DNA from: Sulfurospirillaceae bacterium
GTDB taxonomy: Bacteria > Campylobacterota > Campylobacteria > Campylobacterales > Sulfurospirillaceae
Length of the DNA: 64,000 bases
NCBI GenBank assembly: GCA_033723415.1
Contig: JAWVXD010000001.1
Span: 397,090 to 461,089 of the forward strand
Direction of reading: 5' to 3'
Positions 51,087 to 62,370 of this stretch are shown piece after piece. The notes under the pieces were generated by a model that saw nothing but the letters and a program-made list of their open reading frames with translations, had not been told where the DNA came from and made no database searches. Each line of letters starts with the position of its first letter. Position 1 is the first letter of the stretch. The position numbers were made by a program, and so were the translations under genes.

Positions 51087-51620
51087 ATGGCAAAAGATAA
51101 AGAGAAAGAAGAAGAAGTTGAGGTAAAGAAGAAGTCAGGCGGCAATATGGTGCTGATTATTGTAATAGTCCTTCTTCTCTTATTATTGATTGGCGGCGGA
51201 TTACTCACCTATTTTCTACTAAGTGGCAATACTAAAAGCACTGTCAGCCCTGCAGCAAATGCAACAAAAGAAACGCATGTGAAAAAACAACTTAAGAGGT
51301 CTACAGACTACTTAACAGTTGGACCTATGTATCCTATGAGTGCATTTATAGTAAATTTATTGAGTGAGGGTGGAAGCAGATTTTTAAAAGCAAATATTGA
51401 TCTAGAGATGGATAAACCTGAACTTTCAGCTGAACTTGATAAGAAAAAACCACTAATACGAGATATCATCATAAGAGTTCTTTCATCAAAAACTTTTGAA
51501 GAAGTAAGCACTATGAAAGGCAAAGACAGACTAAAAGATGAGATTGTCAGCAAGATAAATGATGTCCTAGCCGATGGACAAGTGAAAAATATCTTCTTTA
51601 CAGATTTTGTCGTTCAATGA
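51087..51620 (+). CDS. fliL: Flagellar basal-body protein FliL
   Basis: N-terminal TM, F.VNL, IRD.II..LSSKT, FTDFVVQ end. Confidence 0.9.
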   Translation: MAKDKEKEEEVEVKKKSGGNMVLIIVIVLLLLLLIGGGLLTYFLLSGNTKSTVSPAANATKETHVKKQLKRSTDYLTVGPMYPMSAFIVNLLSEGGSRFLKANIDLEMDKPELSAELDKKKPLIRDIIIRVLSSKTFEEVSTMKGKDRLKDEIVSKINDVLADGQVKNIFFTDFVVQ

Positions 51621-52000
51621 TTGGTATAGATCTTGTTAGCATAGATAGAATTAAAAAATTCAAAGATAAATTTGGCGAAAAGGCATTAAAAAAGTTCTTA
51701 GATGATGAAGAGATAAACTTAGCAAACTCAAGTGAAAGCATTGCGGGTTTTTGGGCAGCCAAAGAGGCTGTCTCAAAGGCTCTTGGACTTGGTATATGTG
51801 CTGATTGTAGTTTCTTTGATATTAAAATTTACAAAGATAAAAAAAATAAGCCCTCTTTCCTGCTCTCAAAAAGACTCATAGAAAAATATAAGATAATTGA
51901 TTTGGATTTATCCATAACACATGATAGAGGATTTGCTATAGCCGTAGCTCATTTGCATAGTCTAGAAGAAGAAACAAAACAACTTTTTTTTGACAAATAA
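51617..52000 (+). CDS. acpS: Holo-ACP synthase
   Basis: IGIDLV, AG.WAAKEA..KALG, LSITHD. Confidence 0.93.
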   Translation: MIGIDLVSIDRIKKFKDKFGEKALKKFLDDEEINLANSSESIAGFWAAKEAVSKALGLGICADCSFFDIKIYKDKKNKPSFLLSKRLIEKYKIIDLDLSITHDRGFAIAVAHLHSLEEETKQLFFDK

Positions 52001-52010
52001 CCTATATAAT

Positions 52011-53024
52011 TTATTTCCTAAAACAAACCATCTTAAATCTCTCTCCCATAAATGATGGGTCTATGAGGGTTTTGATTTTATTTATCTCTTGTTTGTAAAT
52101 TTTTTCATCTCCATTTTTGTGCAAGATTTCTAATAATTCACTAAGACCAAAAGATATCAAAGCGTGAGCCTGGCTCATGTAATTTTCAAGCCTTGCACCG
52201 CTTCTTTCGTATGCTTTGATTAGATAATCAAAATTGACATCATATGTTATATCAGTTGTTTTAAAACACTCTTTATATGTAAATTCAACATTTTCATCTT
52301 TTGCAAAAGGCGTAAGTGAGAAAAATGGATAAACTTGATGTTCCTTATATACTCTAAGAGAAAAATCTTCTCTGGCAAATCTATCTCCATAATCAAAAGT
52401 TACAAATTCATATTTATTTGAAGAATTAAACATGTCAATTGCAAATTCTTCATAACCGATTGCAATCTCGCCTTTTGAGATACTATATCTTTTTGATAAT
52501 TCTTGAGTCTCTTTATCCATTGTTGCAAATTTCAAGATATTATCTTCAAAAACCAACATTTCTTCATTTTTAATAACTTCACAGCTAAATGCATCAAATA
52601 TCTCATTTGCTACGAAAAAGGCATCTTCACATTTTAAAGATTTTAGATCCTTTACATGACGCAGTTTTACTTGTCCGTCAAATGAATCCTCAAAGTACTT
52701 TATCTGTGCTTTTTGATTTTCCATAAAAGGTTCAACTATAACAAACTCTAAAGTATCTAACAATTCAGGTTTCAGTGTATATATGAACTGGATCATATCA
52801 GCCAATAGATATCCCTTGTGAGCACCTATCTCTACAAGACTGCAATTTTGACTTAAAAATCCACTATCAATCGTGTCTATCAATCTTTTTGCTATGCTGC
52901 CGCCAAAGAACATACTGCTACTTACAGCAGTATAGAAATCCCCTCTTTTACCAATCTCAATATGAGCTCTATAGTATCCTTCTTGACCATAAAGCCACTC
53001 TTGCATATATTGACTAAATTTCAC
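52011..53024 (-). CDS. MidA/NDUFAF7-family SAM-dependent methyltransferase
   Basis: FS.YM..WLY...GYY, GDFYTA, ANE.FDAF, DIT.DVNF, MGERFK. Confidence 0.88.
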   Translation of the reverse strand: MKFSQYMQEWLYGQEGYYRAHIEIGKRGDFYTAVSSSMFFGGSIAKRLIDTIDSGFLSQNCSLVEIGAHKGYLLADMIQFIYTLKPELLDTLEFVIVEPFMENQKAQIKYFEDSFDGQVKLRHVKDLKSLKCEDAFFVANEIFDAFSCEVIKNEEMLVFEDNILKFATMDKETQELSKRYSISKGEIAIGYEEFAIDMFNSSNKYEFVTFDYGDRFAREDFSLRVYKEHQVYPFFSLTPFAKDENVEFTYKECFKTTDITYDVNFDYLIKAYERSGARLENYMSQAHALISFGLSELLEILHKNGDEKIYKQEINKIKTLIDPSFMGERFKMVCFRK

Positions 53025-54192
53025 CGTTCATCCTTGCGTATATATCAAGCAGAGCAAGTTGTATGTCCGTTGCGAAAATCTTAGCATCTATAGCCATCGT
53101 TTCTTTTGAATTTGAAAGAGTCTCGACATCATATATGGTTTTTTCTCCTGCGCTATATGAATCTTTTGTCGTTGCTAAAAGAGAATCATATAGTTTTAAA
53201 TCTTCTAATGCCAAAGATATCTTTTTCTTCAGTAACTTTATTTTATTTACAGCCAAATCATAATTTTCTTTTTCTTCTCTTTTTGTATCTGCAAACTGAA
53301 GTTTTGATTTTAGATAATCAAGTCTTGATATCTCTATCGTCCGCCCTCTATTTACGTCTATCAAAGGTATAGTGAAACTCAAGCCTATACTTCTATATTG
53401 TTGTGCTGAGTAGTCATGCACATCATAATATCCTGCATTTAAAGAAATTGTCGGTAGATAACTTGAAATTGTCATCTTTTTTAGATAATCACTTCTCATA
53501 ATCTCACTGTTTTTTTGTCTAATATTTAAAGATTTTTGCATAAATTTAGATTCATCCACCAAGGCAAACTTTGGTAGAGTCACATCTTTATAATTCAAAT
53601 CACTATATGTTTTCAAAGTCTTCAAAAGTTCATATTTACTGGATTCCATGTCCATAAGAGCTCGTTCAAGAGTGCTTTTTGTCAAAATAGCTTGATTTAG
53701 GTAACTACTATCCAAGAAACCGCTTTCGTACTGCTCTTTTTTTCTCATGATATCTATCTTGGCATTGTCTATCAAATATTGTTGTTTCTTTATCTGTAGA
53801 TTGATCTTTTTTATATTATACAGAGTAGACAGTACTGTTTTTATCTGTCCTTGTTCACTATTTTTTGTAACAATCCTCAAATAATCTCTATTTGCCTTAG
53901 CATACTCAATGGCATAGTATATACCACCGCTTTTAAAAATAGGCTGTTTCATTGAAACAGAAAGTATATTTTGTTCTTCTGTATTTTTTGTCATATCGCT
54001 ATTGTTATAGCTAAAAGTACCAACTATCTGGTTGATCCAGCTATACTGCAGGTTATCACTGTTTAATTCATTTTGCATCTGTTCAGTTTTGATGATGTCT
54101 TGTTTCAAGCTAGATAGAAGTTGTAAGTTGTCTTGAGAAAAACAACTTACACTTAAAAAAATTCCTATACTAAGAAATCTTATCAAACGCAC
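53014..54192 (-). CDS. TolC-family outer-membrane efflux protein
   Basis: Signal peptide; YLPTISL.A, GLSFTIPL, Y..G.....DV repeats. Confidence 0.8.
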   Translation of the reverse strand: MRLIRFLSIGIFLSVSCFSQDNLQLLSSLKQDIIKTEQMQNELNSDNLQYSWINQIVGTFSYNNSDMTKNTEEQNILSVSMKQPIFKSGGIYYAIEYAKANRDYLRIVTKNSEQGQIKTVLSTLYNIKKINLQIKKQQYLIDNAKIDIMRKKEQYESGFLDSSYLNQAILTKSTLERALMDMESSKYELLKTLKTYSDLNYKDVTLPKFALVDESKFMQKSLNIRQKNSEIMRSDYLKKMTISSYLPTISLNAGYYDVHDYSAQQYRSIGLSFTIPLIDVNRGRTIEISRLDYLKSKLQFADTKREEKENYDLAVNKIKLLKKKISLALEDLKLYDSLLATTKDSYSAGEKTIYDVETLSNSKETMAIDAKIFATDIQLALLDIYARMNGEI

Positions 54193-55354
54193 TAATCATC
54201 CTTTTAAAACCTTCATCAATCTCTTCTTTGCTGATAGTTAAAGGCGGTAACAACCTAAGTGTATTTTTTCCGGCTTTTAGTACTAAAAGTCCTTCTTCAA
54301 ATGCTGCTTTTATTGCACTTGTCAAGATTTCATTACTTTTACATCTCAGACCTCTGATCAGACCTAGTCCAACTTCTTCTGTGAATAGATTTGGATATTT
54401 TTTGAATATTTGTGAGAGTTTTGATTCAAAATATAAAAATGACTCATCCAGAACTCCACTATTTTTATAGCTCTCCAAAATCTCTAAAACTTCCAAGCCT
54501 GCTCTTGTGCTAAGATAATTTCCTCCAAACGTACTTCCGTGATCTCCTGGTTCAAAGATATCTTTGTGTTTTGTCATGACAGCCCCGATTGGAACTCCTC
54601 CTGCCAAACCTTTTGCTAAAGTTATGATGTCTGGTTCAATTTCGTATAGATTTGTAGCCAAGAACTCACCGCTTCTGTATATACCTGTTTGTACTTCATC
54701 AACAATTAGCAGTAATTCTTTCTCTTTTAAGAAAGAAGCTAATTGTTGTATTTCCTGCTTATCAAAAGGTTGAACTCCACCTTCTCCTTGAACTAATTCG
54801 ATCATCACACCGACTGTTTCATCATCAATAGTATCATAGATTTTTTGTATATTCTCATTGAACGAAAAACCTTCAGGATAAGGGCTAAAATCTGATTTAT
54901 GAAAACTTGTCTGTCCTGTAGCCTTAACAGTAGTTATTGTTCTGCCGTGAAAGGAGTGTTCAAGCGTAATTATCTTATATTTTTTATTTTTAAATTTTTT
55001 CTCACCATATTTTCTTGCTATCTTTATGGCACCCTCATTTGCTTCTGCTCCTGAATTGCCAAAAAATACAGCCATGTCAAAACCGCTTAGATGAACTAAT
55101 TTTTTCGCTAATTTTGCCTGTGGCTCTATCATATAAAGATTTGAGATATGGATTATATTTTTAACTTGTGCGCAAATAGCTTCAGCTAATCTAGCATTTC
55201 CATGTCCAACACTTACTACCCCTATACCGGCTGTAAAATCGATGTAATCTCTGCCCTTATCATCATATAATGTCGAATTTATGCCCTGTTTAAAATTCAC
55301 ATAATTCCTAGCATATGTATTCAACACAAATTCTTTATCCATTTGCTCAAACAT
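54170..55354 (-). CDS. argD: Acetylornithine aminotransferase
   Basis: NSGAEANE, SFHGRT, E.VQGEGG, DEVQTG, AKGLAGG, HGSTFGGN. Confidence 0.92.
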   Translation of the reverse strand: MFEQMDKEFVLNTYARNYVNFKQGINSTLYDDKGRDYIDFTAGIGVVSVGHGNARLAEAICAQVKNIIHISNLYMIEPQAKLAKKLVHLSGFDMAVFFGNSGAEANEGAIKIARKYGEKKFKNKKYKIITLEHSFHGRTITTVKATGQTSFHKSDFSPYPEGFSFNENIQKIYDTIDDETVGVMIELVQGEGGVQPFDKQEIQQLASFLKEKELLLIVDEVQTGIYRSGEFLATNLYEIEPDIITLAKGLAGGVPIGAVMTKHKDIFEPGDHGSTFGGNYLSTRAGLEVLEILESYKNSGVLDESFLYFESKLSQIFKKYPNLFTEEVGLGLIRGLRCKSNEILTSAIKAAFEEGLLVLKAGKNTLRLLPPLTISKEEIDEGFKRMISAFDKIS

Positions 55355-55396
55355 ATCTGCGTCCTTTAATTAAATTGTTTTATTATATCTAAAACT

Positions 55397-56017
55397 CTAT
55401 TCAAGATGTGGCAAATGCCATTTTTTATTATAAGCTATTAATCTTAACAGCAAGCCTAAAATAAAGACTATTGTCAATGAAAATATATTTATGCAATTAA
55501 AAATATTTAGTGTATAAATCGCCAGACTAATTAAAAGAGCTACGGTACCGTAGAGTTCACTGACTAAGAGAAACGGTATCTTATTTAACAGCATATCGCG
55601 CATCACCCCGCCGCCTGTTGCTGTGATAACGCTCAATATAGCAACTCCAAAAAAGTTAAAATCAGAATGTATACCTACTAAAGAACCTGAAATAGAAAAA
55701 GAGATCAAACCGATTGAATCACTTAGCACTAAGTATTTGCTATTTTCTATTTTGTCTCTTTTGTGAAATTTAAAAGTAATACTCACAAACAGTACGACTA
55801 AGACTATAGTAGCAGGATAAAAACTAATAAAAGCAAAAGGCTCTCTAGTGGCTATGACATCTCTTATGATACCACCGCCTAGTGCTGTAAGAAATGAAGC
55901 TATAAAAATACCGAGCAGATCAAGTCTATCTCTAGTTGCAACATAAAAGCCACTCAAGGCAAAAGAAACGATCCCTATAAAATCAGCTGTATCCAGCAAA
56001 AAAGTGTTATTAATCAT
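55397..56017 (-). CDS. Trimeric intracellular cation channel family (YadS-like)
   Basis: Duplicated FALSG...TALGGG.IRD / TATGGG.MRD motifs. Confidence 0.88.
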   Translation of the reverse strand: MINNTFLLDTADFIGIVSFALSGFYVATRDRLDLLGIFIASFLTALGGGIIRDVIATREPFAFISFYPATIVLVVLFVSITFKFHKRDKIENSKYLVLSDSIGLISFSISGSLVGIHSDFNFFGVAILSVITATGGGVMRDMLLNKIPFLLVSELYGTVALLISLAIYTLNIFNCINIFSLTIVFILGLLLRLIAYNKKWHLPHLE

Positions 56018-56057
56018 ATATGTATTTTACTATAAGTTGCATTAGATTTCGCAAAAA

Positions 56058-57176
56058 CTAACTAGGTATAATATTCATATCCGTTATCTCGGCGTTGGCA
56101 CCTAGTCTCATAGGAGGTCCCCAAAATCCTGTGCCTTTGTTGACATATATCTGAAGATCCTGCGTATGTTGATGCAAACCGCTGATATAAGGTTGAGCAA
56201 GTCTTACCAAATATTGAAAAGGATATATTTGTCCACCGTGAGTATGTCCGCTTAGCACCAGATCAACTTTTTTACTGACTTCAAATATATATTTCGGCTG
56301 ATGTGCCAACAATACGGTTGGAGAGTCTTTTATACCTTTTAATGCTTTCTTTAAATTTGGTTCATAAGCTTGTATTCTATAACCAAAAACATCATAAACA
56401 CCGGCAAGATTAAAACCTGCGTTAGCTTCGCCTATATAAGTATTCTCATTTTCCAATACCTTTATACCAAGTGCTTTTACGGCGCTTAAAATCTCTGAAA
56501 TACCATGAAAGTACTCATGATTTCCGACTATATAATATGTACCGAATGTTGATTGAAGTTTTGTAAACTCATGAAGAACATCTTTTGCAAAACTGGCTTT
56601 TGTGTCTAGAAGATCACCTGTTATCACTACCAAGTCAGCATTTAGTTTATTTGTTTTATCAACTATGTTCTTAATAAATTTTCTATCAACCAATCCTCCT
56701 ATATGCAGGTCACTGATCTGAGCAATTTTATATTGTTTTTTTAGATTTTTTATCCGTACATCTACTTTTTCAACCTTAACATTTTTAGCTTCATACATAG
56801 CTATTGCACTCAATCCTGAAGCAAAAAACAATGATGATACGTCAAGTGATCTTTTAAAAAAGTTCCTTCTTGATTCTTGCATAGGAGTTTTAGACAATAA
56901 TAGCCTTGATATATCATATATAAGAGTAGTACAAAAGAGTAAAAATAAAACACCTATAGGAAGTGAGAGTAAGAAATATAACCAACTTGGGATACTGATA
57001 AGATATCTTGCTCCAATATATCCAAAAATTCCAAGTAGATTTATAATCAAAAAAATCTCTAAATATAGTTTGATATTTCTTTTGAAATCTAATTTTAATA
57101 TCAATCTTTTATAGATATAAATATTTACTAAAATAAACACTATTAAAAAAATTATGGCAAATGTTTTCATAGTCAA
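56058..57176 (-). CDS. Membrane-anchored metallophosphoesterase
   Basis: SDLH, TGD, GNHE, LAHQP, SGHTHGGQ, GPPMR. Confidence 0.9.
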   Translation of the reverse strand: MTMKTFAIIFLIVFILVNIYIYKRLILKLDFKRNIKLYLEIFLIINLLGIFGYIGARYLISIPSWLYFLLSLPIGVLFLLFCTTLIYDISRLLLSKTPMQESRRNFFKRSLDVSSLFFASGLSAIAMYEAKNVKVEKVDVRIKNLKKQYKIAQISDLHIGGLVDRKFIKNIVDKTNKLNADLVVITGDLLDTKASFAKDVLHEFTKLQSTFGTYYIVGNHEYFHGISEILSAVKALGIKVLENENTYIGEANAGFNLAGVYDVFGYRIQAYEPNLKKALKGIKDSPTVLLAHQPKYIFEVSKKVDLVLSGHTHGGQIYPFQYLVRLAQPYISGLHQHTQDLQIYVNKGTGFWGPPMRLGANAEITDMNIIPS

Positions 57177-57204
57177 ATTATATCTAATTTGAGCCTATTT
57201 AGAT

Positions 57205-58164
57205 TTAATGTTTGAGTTTTGTTATCAAGTGTTGCAGAGATAAACTAATGTTATTTTTAAAAATTTCTCCATATTCTGTTTGCTCGTTTATAAGCTCGTA
57301 TGCTTCAATCAACCCTAGATCAGACTGTATAGCTCTTCTCAATATTTCAAGTACTGCTGTTGCATCATTTGGATTTATATGAGTTGGCGCTTCTTTCCCA
57401 TACGTAAAATGCCTATGTATCCTCTCAACAAGTTTTTTATTACTTACTTCTATAAAAACAGACTCTAGCGGAGCTTTAAAAAATATCACACCATTTTTGA
57501 TATTAATCGAAGTATATGTCGTATCTAAGCCATATATCTTTCTTGAGAAAGAATCAAAAAAATATAGTTTTTTATTGTAATTTTCATGAAAGTTATCGTA
57601 CATAAGATTTAAAATAGAGATTTTTTGCTCTTTAGTATAAAAATTTCCTATAGGAGAAAAACAAAAACTAAGCAATGATTTTATACTATACCACTCCACA
57701 GTTTGAAAGGAATAAGAAAGCATTTTTTCTACCCTCTCCTTTTTAAATTCTTCTACCTCTTTCGTACTTTGTGTTCTATATACTCTTGGAACAGTGCTAT
57801 CTCTGTACATAGGTCCTGGAAATTGTGGATGTATCACAAATCTTTCTTTGTCTTCATATTTTATTATATATTTTAATCCCTCAAGATAGCCCTCGTCTAT
57901 TATTTTCACTTCTTCTTTTGGTATATTTGTAATAAGATCTAAAAATTCTTCATTTTGACAATTCTCATCCCAGATATTTTCTGGATATCTGAAAAATTTT
58001 GATATTTTTTGCTTTACTTCATCGCTTGGTTGCTTATCTGAAATCTTGTCTATCCAGGAAGTAACGGTTCTTCTGTCTTTACCTATGATAGAAGAAAACT
58101 TTGATATACTTAATTCTGATTTATTAAATATCATTATAATTTTTTCAATTATGCTTTTTTTCAT
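57205..58164 (-). CDS. Uncharacterised protein with N-terminal XRE-like HTH, candidate prp regulator
   Basis: LSISKFSSIIGKDRRTVTSW helix-turn-helix pattern; divergent from prpE; start reassigned to MKKSIIEK. Confidence 0.7.
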   Translation of the reverse strand: MKKSIIEKIIMIFNKSELSISKFSSIIGKDRRTVTSWIDKISDKQPSDEVKQKISKFFRYPENIWDENCQNEEFLDLITNIPKEEVKIIDEGYLEGLKYIIKYEDKERFVIHPQFPGPMYRDSTVPRVYRTQSTKEVEEFKKERVEKMLSYSFQTVEWYSIKSLLSFCFSPIGNFYTKEQKISILNLMYDNFHENYNKKLYFFDSFSRKIYGLDTTYTSINIKNGVIFFKAPLESVFIEVSNKKLVERIHRHFTYGKEAPTHINPNDATAVLEILRRAIQSDLGLIEAYELINEQTEYGEIFKNNISLSLQHLITKLKH

Positions 58165-58196
58165 TATTCGCTCTCTCACTACAACTTCGTTTTCTA

Positions 58197-58215
58197 TTGT
58201 ACAATTATTGTACAA
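58197..58215. promoter_or_regulatory. TTGTACAA-TTA-TTGTACAA candidate operator
   Basis: Two self-palindromic octamers 3 bp apart between the HTH gene and prpE. Confidence 0.5.
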
Positions 58216-58373
58216 AAATTACAAATAACAACAATTTTGTTTTTTATGTAAAAATTATGTATTTTGACACTTAAAACTGTACACCTAAATACCATTATTA
58301 TCAAGTATAATATGCTTCAAACATAGTAAAAATCAATATAAAATTCAAAAAAACTTTCACGCAGGAGAGATTC

Positions 58374-60269
58374 ATGGGAAAAATTTATGATGATGTTTAC
58401 GGCCAATCTATAAAAGATCCTGAGAAATTTTGGTCAGAAGCTGCTACAAAAGTACACTGGTACCATAAATGGGATAAAGTTCTAGATGTTGTTGACGGAC
58501 ACTATAGATGGTTTGTAGGAGGATGTATGAACAGCTGCTACAATGCTCTGGATTTGCATATTCATAACGGAAGAGCAAATCAACTTGCTCTCATCTTTGA
58601 TTCACCCGTAACCGACACCAAAAAAAGCTACACATACAGACAATTGCGAGATCGCGTGGCAAAAGTAGCCGGCATGCTTGTCAACAAAGGTGTGTATAAA
58701 GGCGATCGCGTTGTGATCTACATGCCGATGATCCCGGAAGCCGTCATCGCGATGCTTGCATGTGCGAGGATCGGTGCGATTCATTCTGTTGTTTTTGGAG
58801 GTTTTGCCGCGCATGAGCTAGCAACTAGGATTGAAGATGCTAAACCAAAAGTTGTTATGAGCGCCAGTTGTGGTATAGAAGTCAGCAGAGTCATAAAATA
58901 TAAGCCTCTGTTAGATGAAGCAATAAAACAATCCAAACATAAACCCAACGCTTGCCTTATATGGCAAAGACCTCAAGATCGCTGTAATCTTCTGCCATGG
59001 AGAGATGTGGACTGGGAAATCGAAGAAGAAAAAACCAATCCGGTGGATTGTGTACCAGTCGATGCAATCGATCCACTTTATATACTATACACCTCTGGAA
59101 CAACCGGTAAACCAAAAGGAGTCATCCGAAGCAACGGAGGACACTCGGTAGCGATGAAATGGTCTATGGACAATGTTTACAATGCAAAGCCGGGTGATGT
59201 ATTTTGGGCGGCGAGTGATGTCGGCTGGGTCGTCGGACACTCTTATATCGTCTATGGGCCGCTTATGAACGGCTGTACGACCATCGTGTATGAAGGCAAA
59301 CCTGTCAGAACCCCAAATCCAGGTTCTTTTTGGAGAGTGTGTGAAGAGTACAAGGTCAATGTCATTTTTTCCGCCCCGACTGCTTTTAGAGCTATCCGAA
59401 AAGAAGATCCAAGCGGGAAATGGGCACACAAATATGACCTAAGCAACCTGAAACACATTTTTATGGCTGGAGAGAGATGTGACTCCTCAACACTAGAATG
59501 GACACAAAAAGTAACAGGAAAACAAGTCATAGACCACTGGTGGCAAACTGAAACCGGCTGGTCTATTGCTGCAAATCCTGTCGGATTAGATCCTATGGAA
59601 GTAAAACCAGGCTCACCCACAAAAGCGATGCCGGGCTACAATCTCAAAGTCTTAGATGCAGATGGTAAAGAGTGTAAAGCAGGAAAGCTGGGAAATTTGG
59701 TCATCAAATTGCCCCTTCCGCCAAGCTGTCTTATGGGTATTTGGAATGATGATGAAAGATACCAAAAGTCCTATCTGAATTTTTATAAAGGATACTACCT
59801 TACGGGAGATTCAGGATACATCGATAAAGACGGTTATGTTTGGGTTATGGGACGTATGGATGGTGTCATCAATGTCGCAGGACACAGGCTTTCAACCGGA
59901 GAGATGGAAGAAGTGGTCGGCAAACATCCAGATGTCGCAGAATGTGCCGTGATCGGGGTCGATGATGAACTCAAAGGGGAAGTTCCTATGGGCTTTGTTG
60001 TGTTAAAAGAAGGCATACAAAGAGACCCGGAATCCCTCATCGAAGGTGTCGTTCAACTTGTTCGAGACGAGATAGGAGCCGTAGCCAGTTTTAAGATAGC
60101 AACCATCGTCAATAAGCTGCCAAAAACACGAAGCGGGAAAATACTCAGAGGTACGATGCGCAGTATGGCTGATGGAAAAGCGTGGAATATGCCATCAACC
60201 ATAGAAGACCAAAGCGTTTTACCGGAAATTGAAGAAGCCATTAAAGCTTTAGGTTATCCAAAAAAATAA
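58374..60269 (+). CDS. prpE: Propionyl-CoA synthetase
   Basis: [36 protein letters not shown]; heads prp operon. Confidence 0.9.
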   Translation: MGKIYDDVYGQSIKDPEKFWSEAATKVHWYHKWDKVLDVVDGHYRWFVGGCMNSCYNALDLHIHNGRANQLALIFDSPVTDTKKSYTYRQLRDRVAKVAGMLVNKGVYKGDRVVIYMPMIPEAVIAMLACARIGAIHSVVFGGFAAHELATRIEDAKPKVVMSASCGIEVSRVIKYKPLLDEAIKQSKHKPNACLIWQRPQDRCNLLPWRDVDWEIEEEKTNPVDCVPVDAIDPLYILYTSGTTGKPKGVIRSNGGHSVAMKWSMDNVYNAKPGDVFWAASDVGWVVGHSYIVYGPLMNGCTTIVYEGKPVRTPNPGSFWRVCEEYKVNVIFSAPTAFRAIRKEDPSGKWAHKYDLSNLKHIFMAGERCDSSTLEWTQKVTGKQVIDHWWQTETGWSIAANPVGLDPMEVKPGSPTKAMPGYNLKVLDADGKECKAGKLGNLVIKLPLPPSCLMGIWNDDERYQKSYLNFYKGYYLTGDSGYIDKDGYVWVMGRMDGVINVAGHRLSTGEMEEVVGKHPDVAECAVIGVDDELKGEVPMGFVVLKEGIQRDPESLIEGVVQLVRDEIGAVASFKIATIVNKLPKTRSGKILRGTMRSMADGKAWNMPSTIEDQSVLPEIEEAIKALGYPKK

Positions 60270-60349
60270 AAAATAAAATTCTTTGCAAGGCGAAAGCTTC
60301 AGTGCAAGGAATTTTTAAAGGGCTTGGCCCGTTAAAAAGGAAAAAATAC

Positions 60350-61225
60350 ATGATAAGTGCAGGAAAAAAATTTAGAATTGCAATCAAAGAGCAAAGTCCA
60401 TTGCAGATACTCGGTGTCATCAATGCCTATAGCGCCATACAAGCTGAGCGTGTTGGAGCCAAAGCTCTGTATCTCTCAGGTGCCGGAGTCGCCAATGCCA
60501 GTTATGGATTACCGGATCTTGGGATGACCGGACTTGAAGATGTTTGTATCGACATCAGACGTATCACCACACGATCTGATTTACCGCTGCTTGTAGATGC
60601 AGATACCGGATTTGGCGGTGCTTTCAATATCGCAAGAACCATAAAAGAGATGACAAAAGCCGGAGCAGCAGGCTGCCACATAGAAGACCAAGTGGCACAA
60701 AAAAGATGCGGACACAGACCCAACAAAGAGTTGGTCAGCACCGAAGAGATGTGTGATAGACTAAAAGCGGCGGTTGACGGTAAAATTGATCCGGATTTCG
60801 TCGTCATGGCGCGAACCGATTCACATGCCAGCGAAGGGCAACAAGCAGCACTTGAGCGGGCAAGTGCTTATGTTGAAGCCGGGGCTGATATGATCTTTGC
60901 TGAAGCGATCCATACACTCAGTGAATATGAAGAATTTACCAATCATATCAAAGTTCCGGTATTGGCCAATATCACAGAGTTTGGAGCCACCCCGTATTTT
61001 ACTGTAGAAGAGCTTGCCAGTGTTGGGATTTCGATGGTTTTGTATCCGTTGTCAGGATTTCGAGCTATGAATAAAGCAGCATTGGACGTGTTTAAAGCCA
61101 TCGTTGAGAAGGGAACGCAAAGCTCTGTGATTGACATCATGCAAACCCGTATGGAGCTTTACGATATGCTGGGTTATCATGCCTACGAAGAAAAACTAGA
61201 TAGATTATTTAGTAAAAGTAAATAA
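60350..61225 (+). CDS. prpB: 2-methylisocitrate lyase
   Basis: LSGAGVA..S.GLPDLG, DADTGFG, KRCGHRP, ANITEFG. Confidence 0.95.
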   Translation: MISAGKKFRIAIKEQSPLQILGVINAYSAIQAERVGAKALYLSGAGVANASYGLPDLGMTGLEDVCIDIRRITTRSDLPLLVDADTGFGGAFNIARTIKEMTKAGAAGCHIEDQVAQKRCGHRPNKELVSTEEMCDRLKAAVDGKIDPDFVVMARTDSHASEGQQAALERASAYVEAGADMIFAEAIHTLSEYEEFTNHIKVPVLANITEFGATPYFTVEELASVGISMVLYPLSGFRAMNKAALDVFKAIVEKGTQSSVIDIMQTRMELYDMLGYHAYEEKLDRLFSKSK

Positions 61226-61235
61226 AGGATGATCA

Positions 61236-62351
61236 ATGAGTGCTAAAAAAACCGGAGGGCTTGCCGGAGTTATCGCTGGAGAAAGCGCAATTTGTACTGT
61301 CGGGCAAGGTAGTGGACTTAATTACCGTGGATATAGCATTGAAGCGTTAGCTGAAAATGCGACATTTGAAGAAGTTGCCTACCTTTTACAATACGGTGAG
61401 CTTCCAAATATGAGTGAATTATCAAACTATAAAAACGCGTTGATCAAAGCAAGAAGTTTACCTGAAAAATTGAAAAACATCTTAGAAAATATCCCAAAAG
61501 ACGCCCATCCTATGGATGTCATGAGAACGGGTTGTTCGGCTCTTGGAACATTAGAGCCCGAAAGCGATTTTACAAAAGAACAAGATAGAGTGATCGTAAG
61601 ATTACTGGGTATTTTCCCCTCAATCTTGCTATATTGGCACCATTTTCATAAAGACGGCACACGCCTTGACACAAAGAGTGACGAAGATACGATTGCCGGG
61701 TATTTTTTGGAAAAGCTTCATGATAAAACTCCAAGTGAGGATGAGCGGCGATGCATGCATGTCTCTTTGATCCTCTATGCAGAACATGAATTTAATGCTT
61801 CGACGTTTGCTGCTCGCATTTGTGCTTCGACTTTGTCAGATACTTACAGTACCATCACTACCGGTATTAGCGTGCTCAGAGGCCCACTGCATGGTGGTGC
61901 AAATGAAGCGGCGATGAAGCTGATAGACTCTTTTTCAAGTGTGGAAGATGCAACAAAGGGTGTTTACGAAATGCTGGAAGCAAAGCAATTACTGATGGGA
62001 TTTGGACACCGAGTTTATGGCTTAGGCGGCGATCCAAGAAGCCCGATCATCAAATCATGGTCGAAAAAATTAGGTGGAAATACCGACACTTTTAAGATCA
62101 GTGAAACGATTGAAGAGATCATGAAAAAAGAAAAACCGCAGCTACCGACCAATGCGGATTTTTTCTCAGCTTCTGCTTATCGGTTTTTAAATATTCCGAC
62201 AGATTATTTTACTCCTGTTTTTATCATGAGCAGAACTTCAGGCTGGGCAGCGCATGTTAAAGAGCAGCGATCCAACAACAAACTAATCCGCCCAAGTAGT
62301 GAATACACCGGGCCAGACAATAGAGCATATGTTGCTTTAGAAAAACGATAA
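61236..62351 (+). CDS. prpC: 2-methylcitrate synthase
   Basis: YAEHEFNASTF, GPLHGGANE, GFGHRVY, N.DFFSA; operon context. Confidence 0.92.
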   Translation: MSAKKTGGLAGVIAGESAICTVGQGSGLNYRGYSIEALAENATFEEVAYLLQYGELPNMSELSNYKNALIKARSLPEKLKNILENIPKDAHPMDVMRTGCSALGTLEPESDFTKEQDRVIVRLLGIFPSILLYWHHFHKDGTRLDTKSDEDTIAGYFLEKLHDKTPSEDERRCMHVSLILYAEHEFNASTFAARICASTLSDTYSTITTGISVLRGPLHGGANEAAMKLIDSFSSVEDATKGVYEMLEAKQLLMGFGHRVYGLGGDPRSPIIKSWSKKLGGNTDTFKISETIEEIMKKEKPQLPTNADFFSASAYRFLNIPTDYFTPVFIMSRTSGWAAHVKEQRSNNKLIRPSSEYTGPDNRAYVALEKR

Positions 62352-62370
62352 AAAAAGATAAAGGGCAAAA

